Source: Chitinophagales bacterium (GTDB lineage: Bacteria > Bacteroidota > Bacteroidia > Chitinophagales > JADIYW01). Taken from it: a stretch of 64,000 bases of DNA. Location: the NCBI GenBank assembly GCA_035438465.1, contig DAORIK010000001.1:1719-65718 (forward strand), read 5' to 3'. The translations under genes and the position numbers were made by a program. The notes below the pieces were generated by a model that was given only the letters and a program-made list of their open reading frames with translations, ran no database searches and was not told the DNA's origin. Below are positions 59,830 through 64,000 of the stretch, in pieces (position 1 is the stretch's first letter; each line of letters starts with the position of its first letter).

Positions 59830-60336
59830 ATGTATCATACACTCAAAGAATTTACCGACGAGTACAAAATGGAAAGTCAGTCGACCTTAAAATTATTAAA
59901 AGTTTTAACGACAGAAAGTTTGTATAAAACAGTAGACGGCAAAGTCCGTTCCATCGGAAGATTGTCTTATCATATTGCACACACCATTGCAGAAATGATG
60001 AGCAAAACCGGACTGGACATCACCTGTGACATCAAGAATCCGGCGGAAGATACTTCCGTTACGTCGGAACAAATTGTTACAGTCTATCAAAATGCAGTTA
60101 ATCAGTTTTTGGCTGAAATAGAAACGAAATGGACGGATGCTTCTTTACAGCAAACCAATAACATGTACGGACAAGACTGGTCGGTTGCATTGACTTTATC
60201 CATCTTATTAAAACATGAAATCCATCACCGCGGACAATTGACCGTTTTGATGCGACTGGCAGGATTAGTGGTGCCGGGCGTTTACGGACCTTCTGCAGAA
60301 GAGTGGGAACAGTACGGAATGAAACAGGAAGAATAA
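59830..60336 (+). CDS. DinB family protein
   Basis: 168 aa four-helix-bundle type with His residues (YHIAHTIAEM..., KHEIHHRGQL) typical of DinB/YfiT-like proteins. Confidence 0.7.
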   Translation: MYHTLKEFTDEYKMESQSTLKLLKVLTTESLYKTVDGKVRSIGRLSYHIAHTIAEMMSKTGLDITCDIKNPAEDTSVTSEQIVTVYQNAVNQFLAEIETKWTDASLQQTNNMYGQDWSVALTLSILLKHEIHHRGQLTVLMRLAGLVVPGVYGPSAEEWEQYGMKQEE

Positions 60337-60966
60337 ATGAAAACTATTGTTTATACGCCTGAACAGGAAGTCGAAAATGAAATCGGTATTATCACCCAGT
60401 TGCTGGATGCCGGTGCGGATTTTCTCTACATACGAAAACCCGAACTGGATGATTTTTCTCTGGTGGATTATGTAGAAAAAATTCCGGAGCAATATTGGAA
60501 AAAATGTATTGCTACCTCCATGATTATTACCAAAGAATTTAATCTGCGTGGCTATCATTTCACCAGAGATATTGTAGAAAAAAACCAATTGTATAATGAC
60601 AAAGTATTGGATTGGCTGCATACGAATGACAAAATAAGTTCCGTTTCCGCACACAGTACGGAAGAGATTAAAAAGTATGCGGGTAAATTCAAGCATGTAA
60701 TTGTGTCGCCAATATTTCCCAGTATTTCCAAAGAAAATCATAGTTATAATTGGAATCTTGAAGAATTAAAGCTCACGACTCGCGACTCACGACTCACGAC
60801 TAAATTATTTGCGGTAGGCGGAATTGATTTGTCTAAGATAGAAATGGTAAAAAATCTTAATTTTGATGGTGTCGGATTGCTCGGTGCGCTTTGGAAAGAA
60901 TCGGACAAAGCCATAACTAATTTTTTAAAAATAACGTCATGGCGAGGAACGAAGCCATCTGTATAA
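60337..60966 (+). CDS. thiamine phosphate synthase family protein (ThiE/TenI-like paralog)
   Basis: 209 aa with SAHSTEE, VIVSPIFPSISK and FAVGGI motifs. The start abuts the dinB stop. Confidence 0.7.
   Translation: MKTIVYTPEQEVENEIGIITQLLDAGADFLYIRKPELDDFSLVDYVEKIPEQYWKKCIATSMIITKEFNLRGYHFTRDIVEKNQLYNDKVLDWLHTNDKISSVSAHSTEEIKKYAGKFKHVIVSPIFPSISKENHSYNWNLEELKLTTRDSRLTTKLFAVGGIDLSKIEMVKNLNFDGVGLLGALWKESDKAITNFLKITSWRGTKPSV
60774..60801 (+). repeat. four tandem heptamers (CACGACT/CGCGACT) inside the ThiE-like CDS
   Basis: cacgact cgcgact cacgact cacgact, encoding LTTRDSRLTT. Confidence 0.9.
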
Positions 60967-61020
60967 TTCAACAGATTGCTTCAATAAATACTCATTCTTC
61001 GTATTTACTTCGCAATGACG
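60935..61020. repeat. imperfect composite inverted repeat overlapping the stop codon of the ThiE-like gene
   Basis: CGTCATGGCGAGG (60935-60947) and GAAGCCATCT (60951-60960) face AGATTGCTTC (60973-60982) and CTTCGCAATGACG (61008-61020). Confidence 0.7.
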
Positions 61021-61035
61021 ATAAAATATTAAACA

Positions 61036-61794
61036 ATGACTAAACAAAGACCATATGTATTAAGTATTGCCGGCTATGATGCCAGTGCAGGTGCCGGTGT
61101 GCTAGCCGATGTGAAAACATTTGAAAATATTGGTGTTTATGGCCTGGCTGTCACAACTTGCATCACCTATCAGAATGATAGTAAATTTAAAGGCGTACAC
61201 TGGTTGTCTAAGAAGAAAATCAAAAAGCAACTCTATCCGATTTTAGATGCGTATAAAATAGAGCATGTAAAAATCGGATTGATAGAAAATCTGGAAGTGT
61301 TGAGTGAAATTATCGAATTATTGCTTGGTTATAATAACGAGATTAAAATTGTTTGGGACCCGATTCTGAAAGCAAGTGTCGGATTTTCTTTTCATAAAAA
61401 ATTATCTAAAAAATACCTGCAGCATATTTTTGAAACGATAGAATGGATTACGCCCAACTGGGAAGAAGTACTTGCATTGACCGGTGAAAAAGATGCTGTA
61501 AATGGTGCTGAGATAATTGGCGCATTCTGCAATGTGTATTTAAAAGGCGGACACAGCATAGAGACACCGGCGACAGATATGATTTGGATAAACAGGAAGC
61601 TCGATATTCTGCATCCGAAAGAAATCAGCGAGCTGGAAAAACACGGAACAGGTTGTGTATTGTCGTCAGCGATTACTGCCTATCTCGCTTTGGGAAATTC
61701 TATGCATAAATCCTGTGAACTGGCAAAAGAATATACCTATCGTTTTTTAATCAGCAATAAAACGAATTTAGGTTTTCATGCAATGAACGATTAA
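61036..61794 (+). CDS. thiD: hydroxymethylpyrimidine/phosphomethylpyrimidine kinase
   Basis: 252 aa. VLSIAGYDASAGAGVLADVKTF and GTGCVLSSAI motifs. Confidence 0.9.
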   Translation: MTKQRPYVLSIAGYDASAGAGVLADVKTFENIGVYGLAVTTCITYQNDSKFKGVHWLSKKKIKKQLYPILDAYKIEHVKIGLIENLEVLSEIIELLLGYNNEIKIVWDPILKASVGFSFHKKLSKKYLQHIFETIEWITPNWEEVLALTGEKDAVNGAEIIGAFCNVYLKGGHSIETPATDMIWINRKLDILHPKEISELEKHGTGCVLSSAITAYLALGNSMHKSCELAKEYTYRFLISNKTNLGFHAMND

Positions 61795-61810
61795 CGATGT
61801 ACAATTGGCA

Positions 61811-62452
61811 ATGAAAAAAATCACAGACATAAACCAATCATACGTTCATCGTTTTCAATATCTCACCCAGGATTTACCCGGTATATCTCATCAGGAATTA
61901 GCACAGATAGCCTGCGAAAATGGTATTCGCTGGATTCAGTTACGTGTAAAAAATAAACCGTTTGATGAATGGTCGCAAATTGCTAAGGAAGTAAAAGGAA
62001 TTTGTGATGGTTTTCAAACAGTATTGATTATAAATGATAATGTTGAAATTTGTATGGAAGTAAATGCAGATGGAGTACATCTTGGAAAAAACGATATGCC
62101 GGTTACAGAGGCAAGAAAAATCTTAGGAAATAAAAAAATCATTGGTGGCACAGCCAATACTATCCAAGATATTAAACAGTTGGAAAAAGAAGGTGTTGAT
62201 TATATTGGATTAGGTCCATATAAATTTACCAATACCAAGGAAAAATTAGCACCTGTTTTAGGAATAAAGAATTATGCGACAATTCAACAATTCAACAATT
62301 CAACAATTCCGCTTATAGCTATAGGTGGAATTCAATTAGAAGACGTAAAACTGATAATAAATACCGGCATTTACGGCATTGCTGTTTCTTCTGCTATCAA
62401 CCTGTCAGAGAATAAGCAGGAGACAATTAAAGAATTTCTTAGTCTTGTTTAA
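61811..62452 (+). CDS. thiE: thiamine-phosphate synthase
   Basis: Motifs DGVHLGKNDMP, IIGGTANT, DYIGLGPYKFTNTK and IAIGGI. The track start at 61805 is TTG; the ATG is at 61811. Confidence 0.85.
   Translation: MKKITDINQSYVHRFQYLTQDLPGISHQELAQIACENGIRWIQLRVKNKPFDEWSQIAKEVKGICDGFQTVLIINDNVEICMEVNADGVHLGKNDMPVTEARKILGNKKIIGGTANTIQDIKQLEKEGVDYIGLGPYKFTNTKEKLAPVLGIKNYATIQQFNNSTIPLIAIGGIQLEDVKLIINTGIYGIAVSSAINLSENKQETIKEFLSLV
62279..62309 (+). repeat. tandem octamers (ACAATTCA x3.9) inside the thiE CDS
   Basis: acaattca acaattca acaattca acaattc, encoding TIQQFNNSTI. Confidence 0.9.
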
Positions 62453-64000
62453 CTAATAAATATGTTTCACAATCGCTGAATACATCTTTTTTAAATCCCA
62501 ATTTCTGATAATTACTCATGAAATCAATCCAGGTGGAGTCGTCTTTAATATGCGGATCTCTGAAAGTCGATGGTGTCAAAATAATAATATCCACTTTTGC
62601 AGAATCTAAATAGTGTGAAAATGGAATCTGTTTCTTTTTGTCAAAAATGGTATTTACTTCTTTGAAATTAGTGGTAAGTAACCCACTCGCAAAAGGCATG
62701 TTAGTAAATAGCGTATGGAGTTTGTTTCCGTAAGTTTTTTGCAAATGTTGTATCAATATTTTATTACAAGGCAAGTTGCTGGTGGTATTTACTTTTAGGA
62801 ATGAATAATTTTTTATGCGTGGCGTTGCAAAAAATAATAGTATTCCAAATAGTATAATAAATAAAGGTTTGAAGTTGTACAACTCGAAGAGATAGCCAAA
62901 CGCACTTATTAAAATCAATATAATAAATAGGATTTGCAGAAAAACATAATGCTCTCTCGGCATGATAACTGCACAAGATAGAAGCGTTGGCGTGATAAAA
63001 CAAAATAAAATGAGTAAATAGAATTTGTAGGAATATAATTTCTCAAGAAAATAAATCCTTGAATTTTTTCTTATGATAAGAAAAGTAAAAGAAGAAATAG
63101 CTAAAACAGTCAGTAACAATTGTACTTTTTTCCAGTGAAATATTCCAATGGGAAATACATACGTGAAGATATGAAGCACTATACTGATACAATAATTCTT
63201 TAGATTAAACAATGTATTGCTGATTACAATCATTGGTTGTGTTTTCAGCACGCACCACATCGAATTGCAATCGCCAAACTGTTTCCGGGCTATATCTTCC
63301 CAGTATAACCACGCATCAAATGAGCTATGTGTTCTGATTTTGTAATTCCAGGCGTAATGCTGGTAAAAAGCTGCCACTCCGCGATTAAATCCAAAAAAAT
63401 CATTGGAAGGAAACCGAAAAATAGAATGTAAGATGCCAATTAAAATAATTGTAACTGAAAAAATATAAATATCCTTTCTTGAAATAGTTGCTTTGTTATA
63501 ATAAATACATACCAGAGTGACAAAAACCATTAATAAGAATGAAAGATAAAACTCCGGGCGCGCATATGCATTTATTAGACATAGAAGCATAAATACAATG
63601 CATTTGTAAATATTATTTTTTAAGTAAGAGATAATAATAAGTGCAATCAGACAGAGTGCAATACAAAAATGAGAGATGCGTGGCCAGACGGAAATATTTA
63701 AATCGCATACAAGTACACTGAATGCAATCAGCAGGGCAAAAACAACATTTACAGAAATTCGTAATAAAAAGATATAGAGCAATATCCCAATTAATACGGA
63801 GGTGACAGCAAAATTTAGATAATATAGCTGGAGGGTATCAGTAGTGATATAAGACAGACATTTGTACCAGATAGCATACAATGGTCCCCAGTTGCGATTC
63901 ATCTTTTCAAATAAATCCAATCCGAAACGTAAATAGGCAGCTTCGTCTGCATATTGTACATCCATTGTGTTTTGTATGCCATAATATAATTTTATACCAC
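62439..64000 (-). CDS. polytopic membrane protein, possibly a GT-C-type glycosyltransferase (N-terminus may lie beyond the window end)
   Basis: At least 508 aa with 10 or more TM helices and a C-terminal soluble ~110 aa. The frame stays open upstream of the ATG at 63965 to the window edge (GIKLYYGIQNT-MDVQYADEAAY...). Confidence 0.5.
   Translation of the reverse strand, partial: GIKLYYGIQNTMDVQYADEAAYLRFGLDLFEKMNRNWGPLYAIWYKCLSYITTDTLQLYYLNFAVTSVLIGILLYIFLLRISVNVVFALLIAFSVLVCDLNISVWPRISHFCIALCLIALIIISYLKNNIYKCIVFMLLCLINAYARPEFYLSFLLMVFVTLVCIYYNKATISRKDIYIFSVTIILIGILHSIFRFPSNDFFGFNRGVAAFYQHYAWNYKIRTHSSFDAWLYWEDIARKQFGDCNSMWCVLKTQPMIVISNTLFNLKNYCISIVLHIFTYVFPIGIFHWKKVQLLLTVLAISSFTFLIIRKNSRIYFLEKLYSYKFYLLILFCFITPTLLSCAVIMPREHYVFLQILFIILILISAFGYLFELYNFKPLFIILFGILLFFATPRIKNYSFLKVNTTSNLPCNKILIQHLQKTYGNKLHTLFTNMPFASGLLTTNFKEVNTIFDKKKQIPFSHYLDSAKVDIIILTPSTFRDPHIKDDSTWIDFMSNYQKLGFKKDVFSDCETYLLVKQD

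Overview
AT-rich chromosomal segment, about 27-37% GC in the 60-nt lines I counted by hand. Gene content points to Bacteroidota: T9SS/gliding genes sprA and gldB, TAnnTTTG-type -7 promoter boxes and many lipoproteins. About 60 densely packed genes, mostly housekeeping: gcvH, ruvA, gatA, tatA, nadE, serA, adk, obg, lon, panCD, glmS and two acyl-CoA dehydrogenases. There is one tRNA-Ser(GGA) and one TPP riboswitch in front of a thiS-thiC-dinB-thiE'-thiD-thiE operon. I saw no CRISPR array, transposase, integrase or prophage gene.

Points worth a second look:
1. A family of short non-triplet tandem tracts (7- and 8-nt units, NNACTNN/AAGTNNN type). They sit at fixed register next to start codons and leaderless-type -7 boxes. 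Two lie inside the two ThiE paralogs at the homologous codon position.
2. A four-gene minus-strand operon (38206-34796) combining a TonB-dependent receptor with three small Cys/His-rich exported proteins: an HYC/CC/PP-like protein, an 11-Cys lipoprotein and a periplasmic HMA protein. This is probably an uncharacterised metal acquisition or handling module.
3. A thi operon with a sharp GC and codon-usage jump in thiC, an embedded DinB-family gene, no thiG/thiH/thiF in the window, and REP-like inverted repeats.
4. An ATP-grasp gene broken at an A6 run.

All functional calls rest on motif recognition from the translated ORFs. No database search was possible.
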